Notes: generated by a model not told the origin, from the letters alone. Positions 41,774-54,098 are shown, counted from the first letter of the stretch. The stretch: DNA of 64,000 nucleotides from an uncultured Spirochaetota bacterium (GCA_963783575.1 CAWAOD010000003.1:1-64000); one strand, 5' to 3'. A program made the numbers and translations.

Positions 41774-41794
41774 TATTAAACGTTTACTATTATA
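41774..41794 (-). promoter_or_regulatory. -10 box and probable autoregulatory LacI operator
   Basis: Minus strand TATAAT-AGTAAACGTTTAATA, similar to GTAAACGCTTAACA at 9875. Confidence 0.6.
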
Positions 41795-41926
41795 AAATTT
41801 CATTTTGAAATAAACAAGTTTTTCATGTTCTAGGAACTTAAAAAGGGGGCGGTAAAACCTTCTTTTATTTCCTTGACAGAATATTGTAAAAATAATTATA
41901 ATATTGAATAATTACCGGAGAGTTTC

Positions 41927-44403
41927 ATGCTATCAAAAACTGCTGCTATCATAAACACTATTCACCGTAAGAAAAAGAGTTTAGAAAAAAAAGAGACACA
42001 AACCCTTGAATCCAGTAATTTTAATAACAACTGGCCGACTTATATCGGCTTTTTTCTTATATCGATGGCGGTTCTTTCTTACGAAGTTGTAATCAACCGG
42101 ATGTTTGCCTTCACTTACTGGTATCATTTTGCCTTTATGATTATATCCATAGCGCTTTTTGGAATCGGATTCGGCGGTCTGCTGGTTTATTTTACAAACA
42201 AGTTTTTAAAAGACAATATGCCGATAGTCCTTACAATGCTATCGCTTGGTATGGCCGTTTCTTTTCCTCTGGTACTTCTAAAAGTCAACACCATCCCGTT
42301 GATAATGGACCAATTAGGAAAAGACCCGGTACAGGATCAGTTTTTTATTCAGATCTTTTTGACAATGTCTATCCCATTTATTTTTTCCGGTTTTATCTTC
42401 TCATTTGTATTTACAAATTTTAAAAAAGATATCAACCGGATATATTTCTTCGACCTTCTTGGCGGAGGAGTGGGCTGCATATTCGCGTTAATCATTTTCG
42501 AGGGCCGCGGTCCTCTTTTAACGTCATTCATCCTGTCCATTCTTGTCATTGTAGCGGCAGCCGCTTTTGCTTTCAAACAGAGCAAAATTCTTGCTCTAAT
42601 TCTCATACCTGTGGTATCATTCGGAATGTTGTATTACGTTTTTCCCCAAATCCAGAATACAGATATCCGCCTGGCTAAGGGTTTCCAGGTTGTCGAAATT
42701 GATAAATCTGGCAAGGGAGAAAAATTAATGAGCATTTATGGAAAACGAGTCTATTCCTACTGGGATAATTTCGCTTTTGTCGCTGTCCACGAAACACAGC
42801 AGGGAGTGTCTCATTCCGTCGATGAAGACGGCGAGGGAACTTATGCCATTCACGCAGATTACTTCTGTTCGACGCCGCTGATGAAAATCGATAATAACTT
42901 AGACCCGGTTAATTACCAGTTTAAATATTTCTCCGGAACATGATTATCCCTATATTATCAGGAAAAACCCGGAAACAGTCGGGATAATCGGTGTGGGAGG
43001 CGGTAAAGACGTGATACAGGCGCTTGGCCGGGGAGCTAAAGAGGTTTACGGAGCGGAAATCAATAAAACCATATACAACATTTTCTCAAATGTTTACGAT
43101 GATTTACTTGGTAATCTGTCTAAACGCGCAAATGTTCACATTTTTAACGCTGAAGGTCGATTTTTTATCCGCTCATCCGGCAGAAAATATGATGTTATTG
43201 TCTTTGACAATGCCATTTCACAGTTAGCGGTATCAAGCGGAGCTTTTACTCTGGCGGAAAGTTATCTCTATACTCAGGAAGCAATGGAAGATTACATAAA
43301 ACATCTGAAAACAGACGGGGTTATCTATTTTTCAGGCCCAATTACGGATGCAACCCGTTACGCTACAGAATTAAGAGCAGCGTTTCAAAGCCTTCATTTG
43401 AATTTTGATTTCTCCAATTCGATATTTATTGCAGACAATCAATCACGCATATACCAGAAATGCAAGGTTATTGTAAAGAACGGCGCTTTTACCCGGGAAG
43501 AATCCGAAGCGCTCGTCAATCAGGCAAAAAGCGTTCATCATCTGGTCCTTTATGTTCCATATCATGAAAATAAATCGACTGTAGCCCATTTGATTACAAC
43601 TCCCGATATAGAAAGAGAGTACAGGATTAGTACGATAGAAATACGCCCTTCTACTGATGACTGGCCATTTTTTACACAGCGCCTGAAACCGGATATGGAA
43701 AAAGTGAATGACAAAGTTAAAGCCGCAATAAGGTTCCGTCCGGAACCCTTTCTTATGCTCCGGAATGCGACACAACAGGTTTCGGTTTTTGCATGCCTTT
43801 TTCTACTTCTTCCGCTTATCTTTCTTAATCTGAAGGGCTTCTCTGAGCTGAAAAATAAACTAGGATGCATTATTTATTTTGCATCTCTGGGAATGGGCTT
43901 TATGCTTATCGAAGTAGTCCTCATACAGAAGTATCAGCTTGTTCTTGGGCATCCTATTTATGCTTTTTCCATCGTACTGGCAGGACTTTTAATCAGTTCC
44001 GGCGCCGGTAGTCTCTTCTCCGAAAGGTTCAAGGATCCCTATCGGGCTATCCTTACCGGGGTAGCTGGGATAATCGTGGCAACGGCATTATCCTATCTTT
44101 TTTCCAGATTCCTCGCCCCATCAATTGTCGGCTATGCTTTCGGAATCCGGGTTGCTATTATTCTAGCCCTGGCTAGTACAAACGGTTTCTTTATGGGATT
44201 TTTAATGCCTTCGGGTATTCGCGCAGTTTCCAAAGTGGAAGAATCTATTTCCATGGATGTGGGCAATTAACAGTGTTTTTTCAGTATTTGCGAGTTTTCT
44301 ATCGATCTATATCTCAATAATCTTCGGCTTTTCATTTGTGCTTGCAATAGCTGTAGTAATTTATATAATAGGCTCATTGTTCATTATTTTAAGAAGGGTA
44401 TAA
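41927..44403 (+). CDS. Multi-pass membrane protein with central spermidine-synthase-like SAM-binding domain (two +1 frameshifts, ~42938 and ~44250)
   Basis: 7 TM N-part (YFFDLLGG), IIGVGGGKD, AEIN, EGRFFI, YDVI, PSTDDWPFF, TM C-part ending PWMWAINSVFSV. Confidence 0.82.
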
Positions 44404-44466
44404 ATTCAGCAGTTATGATGTAAAAATCGGTTTTTTAATAAAAATGATATTTATTGTAAAATATTA

Positions 44467-44868
44467 TTAGAGTCTTCCTGAAATCTTTTCGATTGTCCCA
44501 GGTTTGTCTGCCTTGAGCTGCCTGGCAAAGTTTTTCGCCGCCTCAGAAATATCAAGGTATTTATCGCTCCAGAGGATAATCTCCGCCAGTAACGGTAATA
44601 AATCTTTTCCTTTCTGAGTTAGCTGGTATAAGAATTTCGTTTTATTCTCCGGGTGTGTTTTTTTACTGATTATTCCGGCTTTTTCCAGGTTGGCCAGGCG
44701 TCCGGCCAGGATATTAGTGGCGATTTTTTCTTCCGATTTCAAAAAATCACCGTAGGAATTTTTACCCCAGAACATAATATCCCTGATAATAAGCAGGGAC
44801 CATTTATCACCAAGAATGTCAAGGGCTGAACTCACAGCGCAGAATGATCTTCTTTTTATTTCTTTCAT
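44467..44868 (-). CDS. HxlR-family winged-helix transcriptional regulator
   Basis: RSFCAVSSALDILGDKWSLLIIRD, YQLTQKG. Confidence 0.9.
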   Translation of the reverse strand: MKEIKRRSFCAVSSALDILGDKWSLLIIRDIMFWGKNSYGDFLKSEEKIATNILAGRLANLEKAGIISKKTHPENKTKFLYQLTQKGKDLLPLLAEIILWSDKYLDISEAAKNFARQLKADKPGTIEKISGRL

Positions 44869-44916
44869 AACAATAATATAAGGATAAATATTTATTAAAT
44901 CAAATTTTTAAATAAA

Positions 44917-44970
44917 TACTTGCATAATAAAAGTAGTTATTATATAATATTACTTGCAATATGCAAGCAA
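44917..44970. promoter_or_regulatory. Two tandem palindromic boxes, probable HxlR operators
   Basis: TACTTGCATAATAAAAGTA (44917-44935) and TACTTGCAATATGCAAGCA (44951-44969). Confidence 0.6.
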
Positions 44971-45173
44971 CATATAAGAAAGACAACTTGGACAAATTAC
45001 AGGTTTTGTTACAGTAATGGCAGAGCTACCTCTTATATTCCGTTGTTCTGTTCTACCGGGAATTTTGAAAAATTGGAGAATCTCTTAATGGAAATAAAAA
45101 AATATAAAACAACGGATATTCCCGGTTAAATCATTAGGTCATAAAAGTTTAAGTTTTAAAGAAGGAGAAAGAT

Positions 45174-45617
45174 ATGGATTACAAAACAATGACGGCACCG
45201 TGCGGATTGGACTGTTTCAATTGCCCGTTATATATCGCCGGTACCAATGATGATTTCAGGAAGCAGGTTGCCGAAAAGATGGGAATTCCTTTCGAAAAGG
45301 CGCAATGTAAAGGTTGTCGAAATGAAAAAGGAATCATTCGGGCCATCGGGAATAAGGAACCATGTAAAACATATGAATGTATCAAAGAAAAAAATTTGAG
45401 CTTCTGCTTTGAATGCTCCGATTTCCCCTGCAACAATTTACATCCATTTGTGCCCAGAACCGCCGATATCGAGCCGAACAATATCAAAGTTTTCAACTTG
45501 TGTCTGATTAAGAAGATGGGTTTGGAAAAATGGGCTGAAGAAAGCTCAAAGCAGGTACGGGATACTTATTTTAAGGGCAAAAGATTTATATTTAGAAACA
45601 ATGCACAACGGGTATAA
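45174..45617 (+). CDS. DUF3795-family Cys-rich (metal/Fe-S binding) protein
   Basis: APCGLDCFNC, CKGCR, C..YEC, FCFECSDFPC. Confidence 0.82.
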   Translation: MDYKTMTAPCGLDCFNCPLYIAGTNDDFRKQVAEKMGIPFEKAQCKGCRNEKGIIRAIGNKEPCKTYECIKEKNLSFCFECSDFPCNNLHPFVPRTADIEPNNIKVFNLCLIKKMGLEKWAEESSKQVRDTYFKGKRFIFRNNAQRV

Positions 45618-45759
45618 AGAAAAGACAATTTTTGATAAAAAGCTAAAAATTAACTTCTTATATAATATCAAATTACAAATACATAATTTTATTGAAAATG
45701 ACCTTTTCAGAAGACTCAATTGTTAAATTTAATATAACAATAAAAAAGGAGATAGAGAA

Positions 45760-46230
45760 ATGAGAAGAACAGACAGAGAACTGAAATCAAAAGAGGAATT
45801 GAAAAATGTATTGAATGATGGAAAAATCATACAAATTGCTTTTATTGACGAAAATGAACCTTACATTGTAACATTAAATTACGGTTATATCTGGGATGAA
45901 GAAAAAATTAAATTCTATTTTCATTCAGCAACTGATGGACGAAAAATAAATTGTATAAGAAACAATCCCAGAGTATGTTTTTCAATCTCAATCTGCGATC
46001 CTTTTATTCAAGGTGAAAAAGCTTGTAATTATGGGATGAAATATCGAAGTATAGTAGGTTATGGCCGAATGAAGATTGTTGAAAGTGATGACGAAAGAAT
46101 CTTTGGTTTGAATTTATTAATGAAACAATATACCGGAAAAGATAATTGGATATACGATGATAATATAATTAAAATAACAACAGTAAGCAGCCTAGATGTT
46201 GAAAAAATGTCGGGTAAGAGGAGGAAGTAA
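45760..46230 (+). CDS. Pyridoxamine 5'-phosphate oxidase-like FMN-binding protein (NimA/NimC-like)
   Basis: MRRTDRE, PYIVTLNYG, YFHSATDGRK, NPRVCF, YRSIVGYG, MSGK. Confidence 0.87.
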   Translation: MRRTDRELKSKEELKNVLNDGKIIQIAFIDENEPYIVTLNYGYIWDEEKIKFYFHSATDGRKINCIRNNPRVCFSISICDPFIQGEKACNYGMKYRSIVGYGRMKIVESDDERIFGLNLLMKQYTGKDNWIYDDNIIKITTVSSLDVEKMSGKRRK

Positions 46231-46296
46231 AAAAAATCAATACAATTAACTTGACATTATCAATTAATATGAATATTATTAAATAAGAGGTTAAAA

Positions 46297-46557
46297 ATGA
46301 AAATTTATGCAGGAAATCTATCGTTTAATGTTACCGATGCAAGTTTGAATGATGTTTTTAAGGCTTTTGGAAATGTTAGTGAAGCTACAGTTGTTATTGA
46401 TCGCGGATCGGGCAAGTCGAAAGGTTTTGGGTTTGTAGAAATGCCAAACAATGCTGAAGCTGAAGAAGCTATAAAACAACTGGATGGCAAGGAAATCGAT
46501 GGAAGGAACATTAAAGTAAGTATTGCAAAGCAGAGAGAAGATCACCCTCGCCGATAA
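46297..46557 (+). CDS. RRM-domain RNA-binding protein
   Basis: RNP2 IYAGNL, RNP1 KGFGFVEM; TTGACA-17-TATTAT at 46251-46279. Confidence 0.93.
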   Translation: MKIYAGNLSFNVTDASLNDVFKAFGNVSEATVVIDRGSGKSKGFGFVEMPNNAEAEEAIKQLDGKEIDGRNIKVSIAKQREDHPRR

Positions 46558-46596
46558 AAATCCTATATATTAAAACTGAACAACTGATATATTTTA

Positions 46597-49500
46597 TCAG
46601 AAAATATAAGTTTTTATTGGAAGTGTTATAATAAACTTTGTTCCTTTTCCTAATATACTTTCCAGCCTGATTGTTCCTCCATGTCTTTCCGTGATTTTTT
46701 TACATACGGCTAGGCCAATACCGCTGCCTTCATATTCATCTCTTCCATGAAGACGCTGAAACATCTTGAATATTCTGTCATAATGCTTCTCATCTATTCC
46801 GATGCCATTATCTTCCACCGCCATCATGTGATATCCCTCTGGAGCTTCCTCTAAAGCATAAATTCTTATCACCGGAGGTTCATCCGGCTTATGGAATTTT
46901 AAAGCATTAGCGATGAGATTCTTGAAATAACTGGCGCATCTGGGTCGGATCAGCTTCTATCGTGGGCAGGGAATCCGCTTCAACCCTGCCGGAAATCAAT
47001 TCTATCTTTAATTCCAGATCAGATATGACATCTTTTACTGTTTGATTAAGATCAACAGAAGAATAAGGTTTTGCTTGAGTTGTTACCCTTGAATAAGTAA
47101 GAAGGTCATCAATTAAAGCCTGCATCCTTAATGATGCGTTCCGTATCCTGTTAAGGTAGTCGCGTCCCTGTTCTTCCAGGGTGGGATAATATTTTTTATT
47201 CAATTGTTCACCAAAAGCAATTATTTTCCGTAAAGGTTCCTGTAAATCATCAGACGCGATATATGCGAATTGTTCCAATTCAGTATTCGATCGTTCCAAT
47301 TTCTTATTCATGTTAAATAACTCGGCTGTGCGTTCTTTAACTTTCAATTCAAGTTCTTCATTCAATTTTTTCATTTCGTCGTATAATCTGGCATTCTCAA
47401 GTGAAATGGCGGCCTGAGACGATAAGAGATTTAATACTTCAAGTCTCTCCGGTGTAAAAGCATCGGGTAACAGATTATTCTCAAGATATAGAATACAAAC
47501 CATTTCGCTTTGTCTGAAGACCGGCGTGCAAAGCACTGATTTTATCTTATTATTTAAAATATATGGATCCGAAACAAATAAACCTTCCTCTGACGCGTCT
47601 CTAAGCACAATATTTTCTTTTGTCCTTTTCACATATAGTATGATAGCGGGTGAGAGTTTTTGAGATTCTGAAACAGGAATGGTTCTAAAGCCGCCTTTGT
47701 TAATTTTTTCCAATGCCCCTTCGGCTTCAACAAAAAGATTATTATTATGTTCTAAAATAAGAAAACCTTTTTGAGCGCCTGCATTTTCTACTACAATATT
47801 CATCAGTATATTTAAAAGCTTTTCCCTCTCTATTTCCTGTGAAATTGCCTGTGACGCTTTTAAAATGGTCGATAAATCAAGACTAATAAAAGGAATTTCA
47901 CCTTTAGAAGCTTTTTTACCAGTTTCATAGTATTCTATTACCAAATGAGGGTATTTTTTTTCAATATCTTTTACCTTGGCTGTGGCCCCCCATTTCATAT
48001 AGCAGTGGTAAGCTTCCAGCATATATTTTTTCATATTTTCCAGATTGCCGGTATTTTGCATTAATAATGAGGCCCGTTCATTGGCAATCGCTTCATTCTG
48101 CTTATATCCATTTTCACGAGCGGAATTAATCGCCTGGTCGTAAAGATTTTTTGCTTTTTTAAATTGCCCCTTGATACCGGCCAGTTCGGCTTCGACTATT
48201 AAGTACTTGTGGAGAAAGTTCTCAGGGCAGTTATTTGCCCAAAGCTTCATCTGTTGCTGGTTTCGTTTGATGAAATGCATATATTTTCCATGCTCCCACC
48301 ATTTTGCTTGCCGGTAACAGGCAGTTATGGATAGGGAAGAATAAAAATTCGCCTCGGTTATGTGAAGATATCCCTTGGCGATGTCTTTTTTGACAACCAA
48401 ATTATATAATTCGGCAGAAATGGGGATACAATCCGCATATTCCCCGAAAAGGTAGTGGATTTTTATCTTAACCAGTAATAAAAAGAAAACCCCGATCAAT
48501 ATGCCTGATTTCTGGTAATCATTCATAACCTCTTGTTCATTAAAATCCATAGTGTCCAGTTTACCCCTGGCATCGGTATGCCCCTTTAAGCAGAGCAGCA
48601 TCTGGGCATTGACTCTATAATTCAGCGCGACAAATGGGTCCTTACTCCCGATCTGAAAATTTCTATAAATTTCATTTTCTTTCATAACTTCATCTATATT
48701 ATCTCCCAGTATAATGCGTGTAGCGCAGAGGAGATTTATTGAGTGATGGGCAAAAATTAAATTTCCCACTTCAATGTTGTTTTTATAAGCCTCTCGAAGA
48801 AGATCAAGATTGTATTTCGCATGTTTCATCCAGTGCTGGACAAAACCCGCGAATGACCAGACGGATAAGCCGATACTCTTTTTACTGGCAAGCTTTTCAA
48901 TAATCTTCAAACCCAATAAGCCGAATTTGTAACCCTGTTTATAAAAACCGAGCCCGCTTCCCAATATAGAACCGAAAAGGCTTAAAGTTAGACCTGAATA
49001 TTCATAATGTCCGTATTTAAGGATATGAAATGCACCTTCTATTATTATGTATGTCCAGATATTGGTATCAAAAAGGTAAGCGACTGTGCCTATGTTTATC
49101 GCTAATAAATGCCTTGTAATAATATCAGGATTTACCGCCATAGGAAGATCAATAATATCTTCAATTTTTATTTTTAATTTTTTAAATTGGAAATAAAACT
49201 GGAGCAGTTTTGAAACGATCATTCCCCTGGTCACGTGTTCCGGCAGGCATGATTCTAACCAATCGCATAGCCTCGATACCTTTCATAAGCGATTCTTTAT
49301 ATTTAGCCATATTGCCGTAAAGCAATATTATTAAAACATAAGCGCTGGCTTTTTCATTGCTGGTTTTCGCGTTTCGAAGGATTTCATTAAATATCCTTTC
49401 TGCCTCTATAAAATTGAGGGTTAAATATTCACATTCCATCCTTTCTTTGTATAGAAAATAGGTCAATTCATACTGGCTCTCCCAGCTATCATTTTCTAGA

Positions 49501-51776
49501 AGCCGCATTCCCGCTTTAAAATAATTATTGGCCGATTCAAAAGCAACGGATGTTTTAGCCTTTTGTCCTACCTCGAAATTCAACCGGGCTAATTCCAGTT
49601 TTTCTTGAGGGTTGTTTATTATCGGTATAGCTCGATTCAGTTGATCAACAGCGGTAAACATCTTTTCGGTTACTTCTCTTTTGTCCCCGGTTTTAGCTAA
49701 TATGATATGACCTATTCTGTAATGCATTTCAATTTTGCTTTCATCCGGAATGAGGCTATAAACCGCCTCCTGTATCCGGTCATGAACAAATTGATACTGG
49801 TTTCCCGATATAAAAATAAAGCCTTCACTTTCAACCTCGGTAAATGCTTTATAAATTTGACCCATATTATCATTATCTTTTAATAAACTAATGATAATTT
49901 CTTTATCAAACCTGTTACCTATGCAGGATGCGGTTTTAAGAATCCTCAGTTTTATTTCTGAAAGTTTTTCTATTTTTCCTCTCATCAGCTCAATCACATT
50001 GTTGGTCATCTGCGTCTGTTTGATTTTCTCAATATCCCATTGCCAGCCACTATTAAAATCAAAAAACACTATTTGTTCTTTATAAAGGTTCATTATAAAT
50101 TGTTTCAGAAAAAATGGATTACCTCCCGTTTTATCATAAATAAGCTGTGTTAAAGATTTTGTTTTTTCTTCCGGATAATGAAGGGTATCTGAAAGCAGCC
50201 TGTTTATATTCAAACTACCCAGCCCGGAAAGCGAAATAGAATTGATGATTACGTTTTCATTTTTCATCTTCTCAAATTCAATCAACAATGAATTATGAAT
50301 GTTCGATTTCTCCTGCCGAAAGATGCCTATGAAAAGAAAATAACCGGTATAAGAAGCAGTCAGCAATTTGATTAGATTAAAACTCGCAGCATCTATCCAT
50401 TGCAGATTATCAAGGAATAAAACCAATGGATGATCTGCCTCTATAAAAACTTCAGTGAATTTTCTGAAAAACAGATTAAATCGGTTCTGTGCTAGAATAG
50501 AATCAAGTTCGGGAATTTCCGCCTGTTTGCCTATAATCAATTCAACTTCCGGGATTACATCTGTAATTAGTTTCCCGTTATTTCCTAATGCCTCTAATAT
50601 TTTATTTTTCCAGGCCTGAATTTTTTCTTCACCTTCTACTAATAATATTTTTATTAATCCCTGAAATGCTGTAATTATACCGCTATATGGAATGTTTTTC
50701 GTAAATTGATCATACTTGCCCGATATAAAATAACACTTCTGATGAATTATCAATTTATGAAATTCATTAATAAGGGTTGACTTTCCTATTCCAGGTTCGC
50801 CGTTTATAAGCATTACTTCGTTTTTTCCATTACATACCCGTTCAAACGCCGCCAGCAGCGCTTCTATCTCCTTTTCTCTGCCGTATAATTTTTCAGGGAT
50901 ACTGAATTTTTCCGATATGTCTTTTTTACCCGGTAGAAATCCTTCAATTTTTCCGTTTTCATTCAACTGCCGCATACACTCTTCCAGATCCGCCTTTAAT
51001 CCTCCGGCGCTTTGGTAACGGTCTTCCGCTCCCTTCGACAATAGTTTCATGGTGATATCCGAAACCATTCCAGGGATATCCTGTTTCAATTCCCGTGGAG
51101 TTTTGGGCATTTTTGCGATATGAGCATGGATCAGTTCAAGAGGGTCACCGGATGAAAAAGGAAGGATGCCGGTCAGCATTGTATAAAATACTGTTCCGAG
51201 CGAATAAAAATCTGTCCGATAGTCCACAGACCGGTTCATTCGGCCGGTTTGTTCCGGCGAGATAAACGGCAGTCGATTTTCAATTACATCTTTATCATAA
51301 AAAGATCCCAATTCTTTTGTTTCAAGAAAAGATAACCCAAAATCCCCTGTTTTTATTAAGCTGCTGTCTTTATCAATGAAAATCGAAGTTAAACTGATAT
51401 TTCCATGATAGATATTATAAGAATGAATTTCTTTCAGCGCTTCCGATAGCTGAACAGCCATTGAAAGAAATGTCTTCAGGTTAATTTCTTCTCCTTTTAA
51501 AAATTCCTTCAATGGAATTCCGTTAAAATCTTCCTGGATCAACACAACACCCTCGATCGAACTTTGAATGTCGAATATTTTAATGATCCGATCTGATTTT
51601 ATATTGAACATCGCTCCATAAACCGATTTAAACCGGGCGATATTTTCAGGCGTGTTATATAAATCTTTATATATCTTAAATAATAAAGGCTTTCTGTTTT
51701 TATCCAGATTGGAATATCCATGGTATAAACCTAATGTTTCATTAAACTCTATCGTATAGTCCGGTAAATTAATCAT
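46597..51776 (-). CDS. Kinase-like - AAA/STAND ATPase - GAF - histidine kinase fusion (two +1 frameshifts, ~49250 and ~46920)
   Basis: SPEQTGRMNRSVDYRTDFYSLG, GEPGIGKS, GGNPFF, FVHDRIQEA, CPENF, GAF (ENAGAQKG..QAAISLENARLY), DLQEPLRKI, DNGIGI, FQRLH, GSGIGLA; AGGAGG RBS before ATG 51776. Confidence 0.88.
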
Positions 51777-51872
51777 ACCAGCCTCCTGATAAAAAATAGC
51801 AATAGTTTTTCCGGAGATCAATCCTTAATTTGTTTCAAAGGCAGCCCGATTCCTTTTTAATTTGCTAGAATC

Positions 51873-53648
51873 CTACTCCTTTTTTATTAACTGTAAACCT
51901 ATTCCCATTCCATTTTTTTCCTTTATTAATAAATCTTCCGCTTTTTCGACAGGAAAAGGCCGGCTTAACAAATAACCCTGAATGGTATCACAGTTATTCT
52001 TTTTCAAAAAATAAAGCTGTTCCTCATTCTCCACACCCTCTGCCAGAATTTCCATATTTAATCCATGGCCCATAGTGATAATTGATTGGATGATAATATC
52101 ATTCGAGTCTTTTTTATGGATATGATCGATAAATGATTTATCAATTTTTAAAATATTGCATGGGATTTCTTTCAGCCTGTTCAGGGAGGAAAAACCTGTT
52201 CCGAAATCATCTATGGAAATCCGGTATCCCAGAGCCTGAAGTTCATTCAACTTTAAATTTGTAGACATCATATCGTCCATAAAGATGGATTCCGTAACTT
52301 CCAGTTCGATTAATTTTGGGGCAACATTATTAGACGATGTTATTTTTGATAAATATTCCACAAAATCGGGTTTTTTAAATTGATTAATGGGCAGATTAAT
52401 TGAAATTGGAAGTACAGGGATTTTTATTTGTTGCCATTTGTTGAATTGTTCGCAAATATTATGGATTACCCAATCTGTGATAAATGAAATCAAGTTATTC
52501 TCCTCAGCAAATGGGATAAAATTTATAGGAGAGATGATCTTTTCCCCGTCTTGATTCCACCTGATCAGTGCCTCGAATCCTGTAATTTCTCCGGTTTGAA
52601 GTTTCATCTTTGGTTGATAATAAAGAATAAATTCATTCTGATCCACCGCCTTCCTGATTTTGCGGATCATATTCATTTTCTCGTTCACATTAATATTCAT
52701 GGATTTCTGATAATATTCAAAGTTGTTTTTACCATGTTTTTTTGTAAAATACATGGCGTTATCTGCATATTTTAAAAGGATTTCTGCATCAACAGAATCC
52801 AAGGGACAAAGTGAAATACCGATACTTACCCCGCTGAAGATTTCATGATTTTCTATATTGAACGGTTCATTGATGGAATTTATAATCCTGTTGGCAACTA
52901 TAGACGCGTCCTCATAAGTATTGATTTCCGTGAGAGATATCGAGAACTCGTCTCCGCCAAGCCGGGCTACGGTATCAATCGATGTTTTTAAACTGTTTCT
53001 TGATATGATGTCGCCTTTCCTGACCGATGAAAAAAGCCGTTTCGCGACTTCATTTAACAAAAGATCCCCGATATAATGCCCCAGAGAATCATTAATTACT
53101 TTAAAATTATCCAGGTCGAGAAATAAAACCGCAAGCATTCTTTTATAACGAATCGCATGCGACAGTGCATAATTCAACTGTTCTTTAAAAAACACCCGGT
53201 TAGGGAGGTTTGTAAGCTGGTCATAATATGCGAGGTACATAATTTGATTTTCCTTTGCTTTTTTATCTATCGCATACCGGATAGACCGTTCCATAAGATC
53301 CGGATCAACTTTACCCTTAACCAGGTAATCGCAGGCTCCATTTTTCATAGCAAGTATATCAATCTCACGGTTATTCTGGCCTGTCAGCATTATCACAGGA
53401 ATGTTTTTGTTTTTTCTCATTATCTCATTCAACAAGTCCAGGCCTGATTTCTCGCCTAAATTATAATCCAACAAAAACAAATCATAATAGTCTTTTTGAA
53501 TTTCGTCTTCCGCTTTCTCAAAATTGGGAATCCATTCAATTGAATATTTTTGGTTCACAATATTAGACAGGATATCCTTTGTAATAATAAAATCCTCTTC
53601 ATCATCGTCAACCATTAGGATTCGTATTTTTTCCTTTAGATCGGCCAT
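51873..53648 (-). CDS. Response regulator with GGDEF and EAL domains (c-di-GMP turnover)
   Basis: REC (MVDDD, LLDYNL), RLGGDEF, FEALIRW, DDFGTGFSS, AEGVE, QGY. Confidence 0.95.
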   Translation of the reverse strand: MADLKEKIRILMVDDDEEDFIITKDILSNIVNQKYSIEWIPNFEKAEDEIQKDYYDLFLLDYNLGEKSGLDLLNEIMRKNKNIPVIMLTGQNNREIDILAMKNGACDYLVKGKVDPDLMERSIRYAIDKKAKENQIMYLAYYDQLTNLPNRVFFKEQLNYALSHAIRYKRMLAVLFLDLDNFKVINDSLGHYIGDLLLNEVAKRLFSSVRKGDIISRNSLKTSIDTVARLGGDEFSISLTEINTYEDASIVANRIINSINEPFNIENHEIFSGVSIGISLCPLDSVDAEILLKYADNAMYFTKKHGKNNFEYYQKSMNINVNEKMNMIRKIRKAVDQNEFILYYQPKMKLQTGEITGFEALIRWNQDGEKIISPINFIPFAEENNLISFITDWVIHNICEQFNKWQQIKIPVLPISINLPINQFKKPDFVEYLSKITSSNNVAPKLIELEVTESIFMDDMMSTNLKLNELQALGYRISIDDFGTGFSSLNRLKEIPCNILKIDKSFIDHIHKKDSNDIIIQSIITMGHGLNMEILAEGVENEEQLYFLKKNNCDTIQGYLLSRPFPVEKAEDLLIKEKNGMGIGLQLIKKE

Positions 53649-54098
53649 AAAACCTCCTGGAATTGTTTATATAGATATTCAGTAAAAATTCAATCTAATT
53701 ATTATTATTATATAGTTTTTGCAAAAAAAAGCAATGATATTTCAGACTAATTTGCTATTTATTTGTTTAATAAATCTTTGCATCAGAAACAATAATTTTA
53801 TAGATGCTAATATACAAATAACCTTTATGCAAATTTTATCCTAAAGATATGTGGAATTTAAATAACAATTTCAAAAGCACGCGGAGAATAATTATTGGAC
53901 TAAAGTCACCGGTGGAATTCCTGACCGGCTTCCGCTTTTAAAGGTCTTTTATCTCAATTGTTATTTTGCAGTTTTCTTTTTCTTGATTTTTTCTCATAAT
54001 AATTTATAATAAACAACCACGCAGCAAGACTGTACGCAACTTTGTTGCGTAAGGAATCTAAACCGGCTCAAGCGTCACGCTTATTAAAGGAGGTTTGA

